From Polyangiaceae bacterium (GTDB lineage: Bacteria; Myxococcota_A; Polyangia; Polyangiales; Polyangiaceae), in contig CBDCTZ010000016.1 of assembly GCA_965222375.1 (NCBI GenBank), positions 1,920,001 to 1,984,000 of the forward strand: a stretch of 64,000 bases of DNA. The letters run 5' to 3'. Made by a program: the position numbers and the translations under genes. This document shows positions 10,900 through 21,311 of this stretch, one piece after another; position 1 is the first letter of the stretch, and every line of letters starts with the position of its first letter. The notes beneath the pieces are model-generated. The model was not told the DNA's origin and searched no databases. It saw only the letters and a list, made by a program, of their open reading frames with translations.

Positions 10900-11589
10900 C
10901 TACTCGTCCTGGTCCGCAATGCCGATCGCGGGCCCCCGGAACGCCTGCCGCTCATTGTTGACTGCGCCATACATGACGAACCAGGAGGTCTCGCCATCTC
11001 CGTCGAGGTCCCCCCGAGCGTACGCGGACCATTGGCGCTCCAAGGGGATGCCTGGGGGCGCGCCGCCTTTGGGCAGCCGCACGGTGATCGGTGGCCCGCC
11101 CAACTTGTATCGGTACTGATAGTATTGAGCTTGCTGCTTGTTGAACCGCAGGCAGTGCCAGCCTGTCGAAATGTCGCCGGTGTTCCATTCTGCGGGAGTC
11201 GACTGATACTTCTTTCCCGCGACCATGTTGAACTGCTTGGGAACCGCTTCCGAGCTGCCGCACAGCCCCGGCACGCTAAAGGTGACCGTCGCGCCGCCTC
11301 CGCCGCTCTTGCCCTTGCCGCTCGTCGAGCCTACGACCTTGCCACCGCCGATTCCGGCTGTAGTGCCTGCCTCCAGAATATCCGCGGACATCGATTCGCG
11401 AGCGGATGCCGCGACGACCGCATTGCCGATTCCACCGAGGGATTGGATCGCTTCGGCGGATTTGCTCATCGCGACGTATCGGCGGACGCCGTAGGTGGCC
11501 AGCGCTGCCAACGTGCCGACGATCGCCACGACGATCATCAGCTCGATCAGCGTGACCCCTCGGCTACTTCGTCGTGCTCTCGTCTTCAC
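10900..11589 (-). CDS. Type IV pilin-like protein
   Basis: Class III signal '[16 protein letters not shown]'; 'ARGDLDGDG' motif near the C-terminus; GTG start inferred. Confidence 0.85.
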   Translation of the reverse strand: MKTRARRSSRGVTLIELMIVVAIVGTLAALATYGVRRYVAMSKSAEAIQSLGGIGNAVVAASARESMSADILEAGTTAGIGGGKVVGSTSGKGKSGGGGATVTFSVPGLCGSSEAVPKQFNMVAGKKYQSTPAEWNTGDISTGWHCLRFNKQQAQYYQYRYKLGGPPITVRLPKGGAPPGIPLERQWSAYARGDLDGDGETSWFVMYGAVNNERQAFRGPAIGIADQDE

Positions 11590-11719
11590 TTGCCGTTTGG
11601 TGCTTTGGTGCTGCGACCCAACCGTGAAGGATATCATCCGCGACGTTGAAAGGGAGCTTGATTTCGCTTCTGCCCATCGGGCCCATCGGGGGGCGCAGGC
11701 ATTTGGCGCCGGCGCCGGC

Positions 11720-14149
11720 TTACGGGCGGATCCAGATTTCCGAGGGGCGTTTTTGTTCGGGTCGGACGTACTTCTCGCCGCCCCGGGTTTTGCGAACCGC
11801 CGCCCGATGGAATGCATCAGCATACAGTGCGGGGAGCACTTGCTTGGCGCACTTGGGCTGGACCACGACAAAGGAAGCTCGCTTGACGAGGTCCGCGGGC
11901 ACGCCGGTCTGGCTCGGTTTCGGATATGTGGCGCGATCCTCGTTCTTGGGCACGCTGGGCTTTCGGAATACCCGCACGTTCAAATCTGAAAGGCGATATA
12001 GCCCGTCTTTGTAGGAGTCGTTGCAGCCGAAGAAGGCGACTTGGTCATCGTATTTGAAACCCGCGGGACGCTCACTCGGCGGGGTCGTCAGTCGAAACCC
12101 ACCCGACAGTCCGATCTGATGGCCGTGTTGGTGAAGAAAACCGTAGAAGAGTAAGTCTCCAGAAAGGGGCAGCCAGGCATCGGACTTCGTCGAGTCGGAG
12201 TAGATGTGAGTGACGCCGTACGACCTCAAGCGATCCCAAACCTCTCCCGGATCACGCGCGTCTTCCCAGCGAATCACCGGTTGCATTCGCGGGCTGTCGA
12301 CGACGAAGTTCGCGCCCAAGCCCGTGGAGGTGAACACTCGGTGCAGCAGCACCGTTGACTTCTTGGGGATCTGCTTGCGCATGCCTCGGGTCAAATAGGG
12401 CCAGAGCCTATCTTTGTACTTCTTCCGGTAACCCGATTCCAATAGGTCGTTCACCTTCTTCAAGGGTGCGGTGGACATGGCGTGGGTCTGGATGAAGTAC
12501 ACGTCTCCGCCCCAGATGACCTGCGCGAGGACCACGAGCACAACGGCACCTCGGGCCACCAAGTGTTCCCTCCACACCATGATGAACGCGGCTGCAGTGG
12601 GCACCACCAACAGCGGCATGATTCCCTGCAGGTATCGATCCTGATGGTTCATGCGGTACCAGAGGGTGAGGGCCACGAGGGCGATCCCCCCAACCGCCAT
12701 CCCCCGCCAAGAGCGGGGTTTGGTGAAGGGAAGCGCGACCGTCAGCAGCGTGAAAAGGGAACCGAAGACGGGGACCTTGCCGTGGCGCTTGCCCCAATCG
12801 TGGGGTTCGAAGGAAAACGTGAACAGCGCCTTGGCCGTGTCGATCCAACCCTCCTGTCCCGGGGGAGGGCGCCAAAACGCCGAACTGAAACCAATCTCGA
12901 ACAGGTCAGCCGTACGCTCGTCCCACAGCGGGCTCTTGAGCAGCCCAGCCTTGGCCAGTACGGGAAAGAGCGGGTCGCCATACCAGATCCAGTTGGTGAG
13001 CCAGAACGGTGAGGTGACGGCCAACCCGACCCCGGCTGCCACGAGGGGGGCTTTCCACCAATTCGGTGATGCCATGCCAAAGGGCCGCTTCCGATAGCGT
13101 GCCAGCCCGCACCAGGCCACGCGCCCCAGAAAGGCGACGATCACGGCGGGTGCGACCATGATTGTCGTCATGGTTTTCGTCAGCGCCATGCCCGCAACGA
13201 ACAGCGCCAAGAGCGCGGACCATCGAACGGTTACGGATCGCCAGACGTGGAATAGAGCCAGCACCACTGGAGGAATGAAGGCCGAGCAGATGTGATCGGC
13301 GCCTCCGTTCAACGTCGAGCCGTACAGAAAGACACCTGGGAAAGCGAAACGCATCGCCCAGGCACCCGGCGTGCGGCTTCGACCGACGCAGCGGGCGACC
13401 AGGACGTTGATGCCAACCAGGGACCACAGAAAAAGGCAGAACTCGAAGTGCAGGCAGAGCTCCACCTGGTCGAAGAGCACCGAACCTGGGATCTGGAAAG
13501 CCCAGGCGTAGAACACGCTTGCCAAATGCGGCTGCGTCGACGGGTACCAGGCCTCGACAGAGCGATCGATCCCGCCGGCGGCCCAGTACTTTTCGCCCAG
13601 GGGGATGTGGTACCAGAGCGCGTCGTAGCCCGCGTTTTCCGGCGACAGGAGCTGGAAGTACACCATGCCGATACCGAGGGCACCGGCTAGCCCCACCAAA
13701 ACGAGTAGTGGGCTTGGAGGCGGGCCGACCAAGCGACGTCGGCGCCGCCAATAGCGCCAAACGTATCGGCCGAAGGGCCATCCGCCCACCAAACTCATCA
13801 GGCCTGGCATGGCGTAGAAGAACACGGGTCCAAACAGGTGCAGCAGGCCCGCCAGGTAGGTGATCACGAAGGACACCAGGACGCCCGTGAGCATCGACAG
13901 CAGCAGCTGTTCTTGAAAGCGCAGGGTTCGACGCAGCAGCTTCCGCAGTATCAGGTGGCCGGTGGACAGGCAGCCGAAGGTCCAGAACCCCATCGCCAGC
14001 CAATAGGTCGTGTAGCGCCAGAACAGCCAGCGCTTCAGCGGGTAGTGCTCGTGCACGACCGAAAGGAAGTAGGCGCCCGCGAGCAGCAGCAGGACCGCTA
14101 GTGCCACGCGCCGTGCGACTTGCAAGCCTTGCCCGAGTTTCCCGCCCAT
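11720..14149 (-). CDS. Polytopic membrane protein, GT-C/glycosyltransferase-like
   Basis: More than 10 TM segments; 'YDALWYH' loop and 'NW..YGDPLFP' motif. Confidence 0.6.
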   Translation of the reverse strand: MGGKLGQGLQVARRVALAVLLLLAGAYFLSVVHEHYPLKRWLFWRYTTYWLAMGFWTFGCLSTGHLILRKLLRRTLRFQEQLLLSMLTGVLVSFVITYLAGLLHLFGPVFFYAMPGLMSLVGGWPFGRYVWRYWRRRRRLVGPPPSPLLVLVGLAGALGIGMVYFQLLSPENAGYDALWYHIPLGEKYWAAGGIDRSVEAWYPSTQPHLASVFYAWAFQIPGSVLFDQVELCLHFEFCLFLWSLVGINVLVARCVGRSRTPGAWAMRFAFPGVFLYGSTLNGGADHICSAFIPPVVLALFHVWRSVTVRWSALLALFVAGMALTKTMTTIMVAPAVIVAFLGRVAWCGLARYRKRPFGMASPNWWKAPLVAAGVGLAVTSPFWLTNWIWYGDPLFPVLAKAGLLKSPLWDERTADLFEIGFSSAFWRPPPGQEGWIDTAKALFTFSFEPHDWGKRHGKVPVFGSLFTLLTVALPFTKPRSWRGMAVGGIALVALTLWYRMNHQDRYLQGIMPLLVVPTAAAFIMVWREHLVARGAVVLVVLAQVIWGGDVYFIQTHAMSTAPLKKVNDLLESGYRKKYKDRLWPYLTRGMRKQIPKKSTVLLHRVFTSTGLGANFVVDSPRMQPVIRWEDARDPGEVWDRLRSYGVTHIYSDSTKSDAWLPLSGDLLFYGFLHQHGHQIGLSGGFRLTTPPSERPAGFKYDDQVAFFGCNDSYKDGLYRLSDLNVRVFRKPSVPKNEDRATYPKPSQTGVPADLVKRASFVVVQPKCAKQVLPALYADAFHRAAVRKTRGGEKYVRPEQKRPSEIWIRP

Positions 14150-14515
14150 TCGCGTAGACCTGTGTGATGTTCGTCGAAGGATCGAAGTGCCAGCGCAGCG
14201 CCTCAAGGCGCACCCTGTCGTTTCTCGTCGCGCCCTGTCGCGCCCTGTCGCGCGACTGCATCGTGTGTGCCAGTGCACATGCTCTTCGCAGGCCTCGAAT
14301 CCGTAGGTCAAGAGCGAATTGAACTGGGCGAAATAGAAGCGGATCCGTCGAGCCACGCCAGCCGCCTGCTGGGCTTGGTTGGCACAGATTGGCCGGCAGA
14401 TCTGGCAGACTCGTCGTGGTCAGGCGACTCTGCTTTCTGGCGCGAAAGCGACGGACCGCGAAGAACCGTCGATGACGGCAGGGTCCGCCACATCCCCCAA
14501 AACAAAAAACCTGCC

Positions 14516-15478
14516 CTACTTGGTTGCGATGTCTCCAACGAACCATCGGGTGAAACCAGCTCCCAGGGTGGCCGGTAACAATTGGGTCAAGGTGAGCAGT
14601 AGTAGCGTGGCGCCGACGATGTCCTGGGCGGGAACGAAGTCGGACAAGAGCAGGAGCGCGGCGGCTTCCCGAGTCCCGAGCCCGAGGACGGTCAGGGGCA
14701 ACTTGGCGGCGAGTAAGATGATGGGAGTGCGTGTCAAAACGACGCCCCAAGGGATGTCGTGACCCAGAGCGCGGAGCGCAAGCAGGAAGATCACGACCTC
14801 GCCCGCGACCAGGATGAAGCTGTGAGCGGTTGCGACGAGGGCCGGGCGGCGGGTGAGCAGCGGTCGCCTGGTCAGGGCCGTTGCCAGTCGCTGCAGCCCT
14901 GACCACGGCATGTGGCGCGCGAGCCGGGGAATGAGGAAGTGGGCCATGGCGCCCAAGCCAATCCAGGTCGCGGTGGTTGCGCCCAGGCTCAGTTGAGTCA
15001 CCGAGCTGGCCAGGGGCGTGAGCAGGCTGCCAGCGAAGGCCAACAGGAGCAGGCAGGCGAACTTGAGCCAGAGTAGGAATGAGGTCGCGAGCAGCGCCGT
15101 GGGCAGCGGGATGCCATCGCGGCGGTGCACGACGGCGACGCGACCCAGATTGCCGCTACCTGCAGGTAGCAGATTGTGCAGCGTGAGGTTGGCCAGGGTT
15201 GCACGTAGCGCGGACGGCCAACTGAGGCTGGCTCCTGCCGCGACGACAGCGTTGCGAAACGCCGCCGCGGACTGCGCGGTGTTGAGCCAGAGCGCAACAA
15301 CGGCTGTGCCCAGGATCAAACCCAAATTGGTCCGGCTCAGTGCGTCACCGACCGCAGCCAGGGGCACTTTGGAAAAGACGAGGACCAGTAATGTGGCCGT
15401 CAGCCCCGCCGTCAGCAATTGCGCCGCTCGTTGGCGCGTTTTGGACCTGCCCGGGGCTGTTGCTTGTGGTGGCTTCAA
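14516..15478 (-). CDS. Lysylphosphatidylglycerol-synthase-TM/flippase-like membrane protein
   Basis: 'NLLPAGSG' and 'LPLTVLGLGTREAA' motifs; TTG start overlapping the upstream stop is inferred. Confidence 0.75.
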   Translation of the reverse strand: MKPPQATAPGRSKTRQRAAQLLTAGLTATLLVLVFSKVPLAAVGDALSRTNLGLILGTAVVALWLNTAQSAAAFRNAVVAAGASLSWPSALRATLANLTLHNLLPAGSGNLGRVAVVHRRDGIPLPTALLATSFLLWLKFACLLLLAFAGSLLTPLASSVTQLSLGATTATWIGLGAMAHFLIPRLARHMPWSGLQRLATALTRRPLLTRRPALVATAHSFILVAGEVVIFLLALRALGHDIPWGVVLTRTPIILLAAKLPLTVLGLGTREAAALLLLSDFVPAQDIVGATLLLLTLTQLLPATLGAGFTRWFVGDIATK

Positions 15479-16497
15479 CGGTTCGGGTCTCGTCGCTGAG
15501 CCATGTAGTTGCGGGTCGCGAGGTTCCACACTGCCCCGGGGCTGCCTGAGAAGATCAGGTTCTTCTCGATGCTGTGCGCGGCCCAGCATGTGCCGCCGCT
15601 ACAGTCAATTTTAGGCAATCGACGAAAGGCTTCTGCGACGCCCAGCTCGATGGCATTCGGGGCGGGGAGGCAGCGGGGATCCGAGAGGCTGCGGGAGCAG
15701 GGAAACATGCTGCCGTCGACTTCAATCCGGCAGGTGATGCGCCCGGCGTGACAGCGCAGCTCGTGCATGCGGGGAAACTGCATCAGTACTTCGAGGCCCG
15801 GCGTGGAGTTCCACACGACGGGGCGATAGTCCGGCTGCATCAGGCGTCGTAGCGCGGCGCGATAGGAGCTCAGCTCCGGGGTCTCGGGGTTGGCCTCCTC
15901 GGAACCCAGGCGATGCACCGCGCCGGGTTGGACGACCAAGTAGGTGTCGTACTGCTTGGCCAGACGCACGAAGAAGTCCAAGTGCTCGAGGTTGTTCTTG
16001 AACAGCGCGACGTAGAAGGCGAAACGCTTGCCTCGAGCTCGCAGGGTCTCCAGGCCCGCCAGGAGCTTGGCGTAGGCGCGCTTTCCGCGGTAGCCATCGT
16101 GCACGGATTCGGGGCCGTCGATGCTGATAAGAAACGTGTCTGCGGCGTCGACCACGTCGTGCCGTTCCGCGATCAGCGTGGCGTTGGTGTTGACGCTCGA
16201 TGCCATCTTGCGTGTCCGAATGCGACCCAGCAGGGCGGGCAGGTCGTCTCGGAGCAGCGGTTCGCCGCCGGTCAGATGCACTCGCTGACAGCCGAGATCG
16301 GCGAGTTCATCGATCAGGCGCAGAGCGGTTTGCGTATCCGGGCCCTTGGGGCCGCTGAAGCGATCGCAGAATGGGCAGCGTGCGTTGCAGACTCGTGTGA
16401 CTTCCCAACCCACTCCCAAGAGCTGACGTGGTCCGCCGGCCGCAGCGGTGGCAAAGCGCGCGGCAGTCTTGAGCTGGCGTCGGATTGAGCGCACCAC
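15475..16497 (-). CDS. Radical SAM protein with SPASM/twitch-like C-terminus
   Basis: CNARCPFC; TGGEPLL; 'CHAG...DGSMFPC'. Confidence 0.9.
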   Translation of the reverse strand: MVRSIRRQLKTAARFATAAAGGPRQLLGVGWEVTRVCNARCPFCDRFSGPKGPDTQTALRLIDELADLGCQRVHLTGGEPLLRDDLPALLGRIRTRKMASSVNTNATLIAERHDVVDAADTFLISIDGPESVHDGYRGKRAYAKLLAGLETLRARGKRFAFYVALFKNNLEHLDFFVRLAKQYDTYLVVQPGAVHRLGSEEANPETPELSSYRAALRRLMQPDYRPVVWNSTPGLEVLMQFPRMHELRCHAGRITCRIEVDGSMFPCSRSLSDPRCLPAPNAIELGVAEAFRRLPKIDCSGGTCWAAHSIEKNLIFSGSPGAVWNLATRNYMAQRRDPNR

Positions 16498-16518
16498 CGA
16501 GAGGAGGTTAGCAGCGCA

Positions 16519-17550
16519 TCAAGGCGAGAGCTTAGCGGAAATGCGGCCGACGTCCGCGGACCAGCGCAAGAGGTCGACCAGGGTGTCGTCCAAGGGGCGC
16601 GGAGAGAAACCGAGTTCCGCAACTGCCCGGCTGTTGTCGATGTAGGCGAAGCTATGCAGACGGTTTTCGAGTTGGCGCGCAGTGACGAAGGGCTTCTGCC
16701 CCGCGCGCAGCGCAAGCCCCTCGTAGACCTTCACCGCAGCGATGAGGGACTTGTCCGGGACCCGAAGCCAGGGCGCGCTGGACAGCTGGCGTAGGCGTCG
16801 CAGTGCGGTCGACAGCTCTCGGAAGGTCAGGTTGTGGCCGCCAATCAGGTAACGCCTTCCCGGGCGTCCTTCTTCGAATGCGGCGAGCTGTGCGTCGGCG
16901 AGGTCTCGAACGTCGAGCACGTTGAGTCCTCCCGTGAACCAGACCGGGATTTGGGCGCGTTGGTAGAGTTGCTCGATGCGCCCGTTGGATGCGCTCTGAC
17001 CCGGGTCGTCGGGTCCCACGGTCATTCCCGGCAGGAGGGCGACGGCGTTTGCGTTGCTGGCTTCCCAAAGCCGACGCTCCGCGGCGATCTTGGCCTTGGC
17101 GTAGGGTGTGATTGGGTCTTCGTTCCAATCCTCTTCCGTGCGCGGTCGAAGAGGGTCCTGGGTCTCACCGACCGCACCTGCGGTGCCGGTGTAGACCAGG
17201 CGCGGCCGCGTCGGTGTTGCTTCGATGGCCGCGAGCATGGCCTCCAGGCCGTCTACCGCGATGCGGCTCAGTTCCCGTTCGGCCTCGGCGCCGGACAGAT
17301 GCTGCACGTGCTTCATCGCGAGGTGGAATACGGCGTGGGTGCCCTCCGCCGCGCGCCGCATGGCCTGCTTGTCACAGACATCCCCGGAGACGTACTCGTA
17401 GCGCTCCGTGTACGGGAAAAAGCCCCGGGGCGGCCGTGCGATATCGAGCCCGCGGACTCGCCAGCCTTGCTCCAGCAGCGTGCGCGCGACCCAGCCTCCG
17501 ATGTGGCCGGACGCACCTGTGACAAGTGCCAACTGTCCGCTGCGACTCAT
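16519..17550 (-). CDS. NAD-dependent epimerase/dehydratase (DFR/HpnA-like)
   Basis: TGASGHIG; YAKAK; 'GGLNVLDVRD'. Confidence 0.88.
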   Translation of the reverse strand: MSRSGQLALVTGASGHIGGWVARTLLEQGWRVRGLDIARPPRGFFPYTERYEYVSGDVCDKQAMRRAAEGTHAVFHLAMKHVQHLSGAEAERELSRIAVDGLEAMLAAIEATPTRPRLVYTGTAGAVGETQDPLRPRTEEDWNEDPITPYAKAKIAAERRLWEASNANAVALLPGMTVGPDDPGQSASNGRIEQLYQRAQIPVWFTGGLNVLDVRDLADAQLAAFEEGRPGRRYLIGGHNLTFRELSTALRRLRQLSSAPWLRVPDKSLIAAVKVYEGLALRAGQKPFVTARQLENRLHSFAYIDNSRAVAELGFSPRPLDDTLVDLLRWSADVGRISAKLSP

Positions 17551-19307
17551 TCAGATGCGGCCTGCTTGACCCGGAGCGCAACCGCGCTGGCGCGCTGGAG
17601 CTTGTCGAAGAAGGCGACGTAGCGGCTGTCGATGCCCGCGCCGTCAGTTTTCGGGGGTTGCACGTCGAGGCCCTCGACGACCTCGCTGGACAAGGTGGAC
17701 TCGGGACCGGGGCGGCGTAGTTCGGATCGAGCCAGGTCCCAAGCACCTCGCAGACCACCGCCGCTCTTGAATACCGCGTGTCGTGCCCCGGGGTTGGCCA
17801 CCGTGAGCGCCGCTTCGACGAAAGCCAGCGCGGCCCGACCGTAGCGACGCGGCCGGGAAAGCTGCGCGGTGGGCCGGAGGGGACGCAGGGCAAGCTGCAC
17901 GCCCACGCGCATGTAGCGGGCAAGCTCTTCGAAGGATTCAATGCGGCGCAACATCGACACGGCATATTTGGGGCGCGCGTAGAATCGGAAGTACGCGCGG
18001 CGGGCTTCCTTCTCGAGGTCCGCACGGGAAAGCTCGGTCCAGGGCGTTGGCAACAGGTGCTCCTTGACGCTGCCCTTGACGTACTCACGCCAGTAGTCGA
18101 TTCCCAGAGCGTCCACGACGTGCTTCCGCTCGAGCTCAGTATGCGGCTTGATGATCGCGATCTGATACTGCGCGTAGGTCAACGGCACGGAGAGAGAAAA
18201 GTCGACGGTCTTGCGCAGCGTTTCGCGAGTGTCGCCAGGCGCACCGAGGATGAAGAAGCCCAGGGCCATGATGCCCGCTTCCTGCACGCATTGAAGGGTC
18301 CTGCGCAGCTCGCCGGTCGTGGATTGGCCCTTCATCATGCCCTTGAGCACATCGTCGTCACCGGCTTCGATCCCAAAGTAGATCCGCCGACAACCGCCTT
18401 CGGCCAGGGTCTGGATGAACTCTTCGTCGGGGCCACGCTTGGTGCTGTGGTTGGACAGGGAATCCACCCTCGAGCGGCAGGACCAGATGACGTCGAGGCG
18501 ACGCCGTTTGATCTCCCTCGCTATGGCCATCGCCCGCTCCCGGTCGTGCAGCATCAACGGGTCGAACCAGTCAATCTCACGAATCCCAAGTGCCATGCAC
18601 TCTTCAATCTCTTGGACGACCTGTTCTGGCGCCCTGGCGTCGAAGCCGCTCTGCCGCATGCAACAGAACGTGCACGGGTACGGGCAGCCAACCTCGCTCA
18701 TGCCGATGGTGAAGTTTCGGCGCTGAGAGACGTGGGAGTAGTACAGAGAGTTGTCGAAGATGCTGCGATCCGGCGTGGGGTAGTCGCTGAACTTCGTGCG
18801 CTTGCCGGGAAAGGTGATCCGGGTCTGGCCACCGGAGCGGTATGCGAGGTCCCCGATGCGTTCGTAGCCCCTCTTGCGCTCGAAGGCTTGCAGGAACTCT
18901 GGCAGAAACAGGTGCGCTTCGCCGCCACACAGGTAGTCGAAGCAACCATGGCTCATCAGCTCTTCGACGTAGACTTTGGCTTCATAACCGCCAGCAAGGA
19001 TCGGTACACCTGTGCGCGCCCGGAACTCCTTGGCCCAGGGGATCATGTCTTGGATGGTTTGGGCGGCGTGAGCGGAGAAACCGATCAAGTCCGGGTCGTA
19101 TGCTTGGACTTCGGAGATGATCGTATCCAGGCTCTTCTTCGTCGCTGGCGCGTCCCACAGCCGCACGTCCCAGCCCGCCGCTCGAGCGCCCCGGGCAACC
19201 CAGCCGAAGCCGATGTGCGGAAAGAGCCCGAACTCGTCATCAACGGTCGCCAGATTCTCGTTGAACGCCTTGGCAAAGAAGGGCGGGTAGACGAGCGCAA
19301 GCTTCAA
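17547..19307 (-). CDS. B12-binding radical SAM protein
   Basis: N-terminal cobalamin-binding-like region; GCPYPCTFC; 'FGIEAG'; 'FILGAPGDT'. Confidence 0.88.
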   Translation of the reverse strand: MKLALVYPPFFAKAFNENLATVDDEFGLFPHIGFGWVARGARAAGWDVRLWDAPATKKSLDTIISEVQAYDPDLIGFSAHAAQTIQDMIPWAKEFRARTGVPILAGGYEAKVYVEELMSHGCFDYLCGGEAHLFLPEFLQAFERKRGYERIGDLAYRSGGQTRITFPGKRTKFSDYPTPDRSIFDNSLYYSHVSQRRNFTIGMSEVGCPYPCTFCCMRQSGFDARAPEQVVQEIEECMALGIREIDWFDPLMLHDRERAMAIAREIKRRRLDVIWSCRSRVDSLSNHSTKRGPDEEFIQTLAEGGCRRIYFGIEAGDDDVLKGMMKGQSTTGELRRTLQCVQEAGIMALGFFILGAPGDTRETLRKTVDFSLSVPLTYAQYQIAIIKPHTELERKHVVDALGIDYWREYVKGSVKEHLLPTPWTELSRADLEKEARRAYFRFYARPKYAVSMLRRIESFEELARYMRVGVQLALRPLRPTAQLSRPRRYGRAALAFVEAALTVANPGARHAVFKSGGGLRGAWDLARSELRRPGPESTLSSEVVEGLDVQPPKTDGAGIDSRYVAFFDKLQRASAVALRVKQAASE

Positions 19308-19394
19308 CGGAACACCTGGGATTCATTATAGTCTGTCGCTGGCCGGGTGTAAGGCCGATCCGGTCCCTGCCTGATACTACCATCGCCAGCTCCC

Positions 19395-20051
19395 ATGTTG
19401 CGTCGCCTCCACCCCGTGATCACGCTGAACTTCGCCATCACGGCGGCGTTCGTAGTTGCTGCGGTGTTTGCCCCGGACGCCTTCCTGGCGATTCGTGCGA
19501 AGCGGGAAGGGCCCATTGAACACGTGTCGCACGTTGCCCTCTTGGCGGCATCGGTAGTCTGGCTCGCGGCGCTGCGGTCGCTGCGGGGACGAAAACGCAG
19601 GTTCGCCATTGGTGTGGCGGGCTACGTGCTGCTGCTCTTGCTCGAGGAGATAGACTGGGGACTGGTCTACGGTTTGGACATTGGGTTCAAGAACGTGTTC
19701 GGCGTCCCGTCCTTTCATCAGACGACCTGGGAAAACGAGTACGTTTGGCAAGACAAGTTGTACTGGTTCGGTGCGCCCATCGCTTTGTTCTTCGTTGCAC
19801 CTTGGCTCGGTCGCTGGACCGAGGGGTTGCGCCCCGTCGCGCCGACACGCGCCGACGGCATCGTCTTCGTTGTCGTGTTGGCTACCTTCTTGGTCGTGGA
19901 TCAGTTTCATCGTCACGCGATGAGCAGCTATCAAGCTGTGATTTACCTGCTCATCGCGTGGGTGGGCGCTGGGGCCGCCGGCTATCGCAAGCTGAGCGCA
20001 CCCGAGAGCGCCGGCCAACGCCAGGCATCGAGGGATCACTGCGCGCCATGA
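19395..20051 (+). CDS. Hypothetical membrane protein
   Basis: Multiple TM helices; 'EGPIE' and 'EEIDWG' motifs. Confidence 0.65.
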   Translation: MLRRLHPVITLNFAITAAFVVAAVFAPDAFLAIRAKREGPIEHVSHVALLAASVVWLAALRSLRGRKRRFAIGVAGYVLLLLLEEIDWGLVYGLDIGFKNVFGVPSFHQTTWENEYVWQDKLYWFGAPIALFFVAPWLGRWTEGLRPVAPTRADGIVFVVVLATFLVVDQFHRHAMSSYQAVIYLLIAWVGAGAAGYRKLSAPESAGQRQASRDHCAP

Positions 20052-20192
20052 CGCCATGCAGGGGCGACCGCGCCGGGGTCCGCATGGCTGAGACCAAGTA
20101 GAACCTGGACGCGCCGCCAACAAAGTCAGCGAAAACATGTCTCGGGGTGTGGCGACTTGCATGACCGAAGTCAATCCGGGAACATGTTGGAC

Positions 20193-20489
20193 ATGAGGCG
20201 GCGACGTAAGGGTGTGGGCAAGAAGCTGTTGGTTGCGTCGGTTGGCGTTGCCGCGGTCACGTACGTGGCAGCGTGCAGTAGCGATGACGACGGCGGCACG
20301 AATACGTCGAAGGATGCCGGTGCTGATACCAATCAGTTCGATGTCGTCGCGAACTTGGTGGCTCCGGACACGGGTACCGGGGGCAACGGCGGAAGTGGTG
20401 GCACCGACGCGGGCCAAGACGCACCCGATGACGTCAATCAATTGGACGTGGTCGCAAACTTGGTCGCCCCGGACACCGGCACGGACTAA
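20193..20489 (+). CDS. Small lipoprotein/peptide with a duplicated NQ(F/L)DVVANLVAPDTG motif
   Basis: Lipobox VAAC; two near-identical 15-aa motifs; start could instead be 20184. Confidence 0.7.
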   Translation: MRRRRKGVGKKLLVASVGVAAVTYVAACSSDDDGGTNTSKDAGADTNQFDVVANLVAPDTGTGGNGGSGGTDAGQDAPDDVNQLDVVANLVAPDTGTD

Positions 20490-20498
20490 AATAACTCC

Positions 20499-21305
20499 AT
20501 GAGTGGAGAGTTGTTCGAGCTCGAGCTCTTTGGCGAGGGTATGGAGCGTCGCTATCGGCGTGCACGCCCCGAGGTCGAGGCGATGCCCTGGGGGACCATG
20601 AACCCTAAGGACTATCCTGAAGCTGCCCTGCTGAGAGCCAGGAAGCAGTGGACAGGCGCTGCCTTCCAAGAGCATCGAACAGGCATTGCTTGTGCCTCGG
20701 CGTTGCGCTCCTTGATGGAGTGCCGCGCGCCTCTGGATCTGATCGCCATGGCCTCCCGCTTTCCTCTCGATGAGGTGGTGCATGTCGAATTGTGCGCGCG
20801 CATGGCGATGGAACTCGGAGGTGGCACCGAGATCACCCACGACCCCGACGAGATGATCGTGGACGCTCCGCCGGAATTGCGCCCGATGATGCGGGCGGCG
20901 GACAAGGTCGTACGTTACTTCTGCGTGGGCGAAGCTCTGAGCATCCCGCTGCTGCGCGGCACCTGGAAAGCCGCGAAGCACCCGTTGCCTCGCGCGGTGC
21001 TTGGACGCATCGTCAAGGACGAGGCGGCCCACGGCGTGTTCGGGTTTGCGTTCCTCGAGTGGGCCATCGACGACTTCTCGGAAGACGAACGCGCCCACCT
21101 CGGCCGCGCTGCAGACCGAACCATTCGCGCGATTCAGCGGCAATGGCAGGGTATCGAGCGGGGGCGGTCAGCGGACTACGACGAGAAGATGGGCGACGCT
21201 CTTGGATGGATGCAGACCGACTCCTATTTGGAGCTGGCCAAAAAGTCCATGGAGGACCGGGTTCGCGCTCCTCTGCGTGAGTACGACATCCCCATCTCGG
21301 CTTGA
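20499..21305 (+). CDS. Ferritin-like di-iron protein
   Basis: E...DEVVH and E...DEAAH ligand sets. Confidence 0.8.
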   Translation: MSGELFELELFGEGMERRYRRARPEVEAMPWGTMNPKDYPEAALLRARKQWTGAAFQEHRTGIACASALRSLMECRAPLDLIAMASRFPLDEVVHVELCARMAMELGGGTEITHDPDEMIVDAPPELRPMMRAADKVVRYFCVGEALSIPLLRGTWKAAKHPLPRAVLGRIVKDEAAHGVFGFAFLEWAIDDFSEDERAHLGRAADRTIRAIQRQWQGIERGRSADYDEKMGDALGWMQTDSYLELAKKSMEDRVRAPLREYDIPISA

Positions 21306-21311
21306 GCGCAG

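Noticed and set aside
12906..21143. Long alternative-frame ORFs (12906-14906, 17778-19331, 19377-21143 and similar)
   Set aside because: Shadow ORFs overlapping well-supported genes, with Arg/Pro/Ala-rich composition typical of GC-rich non-coding frames.
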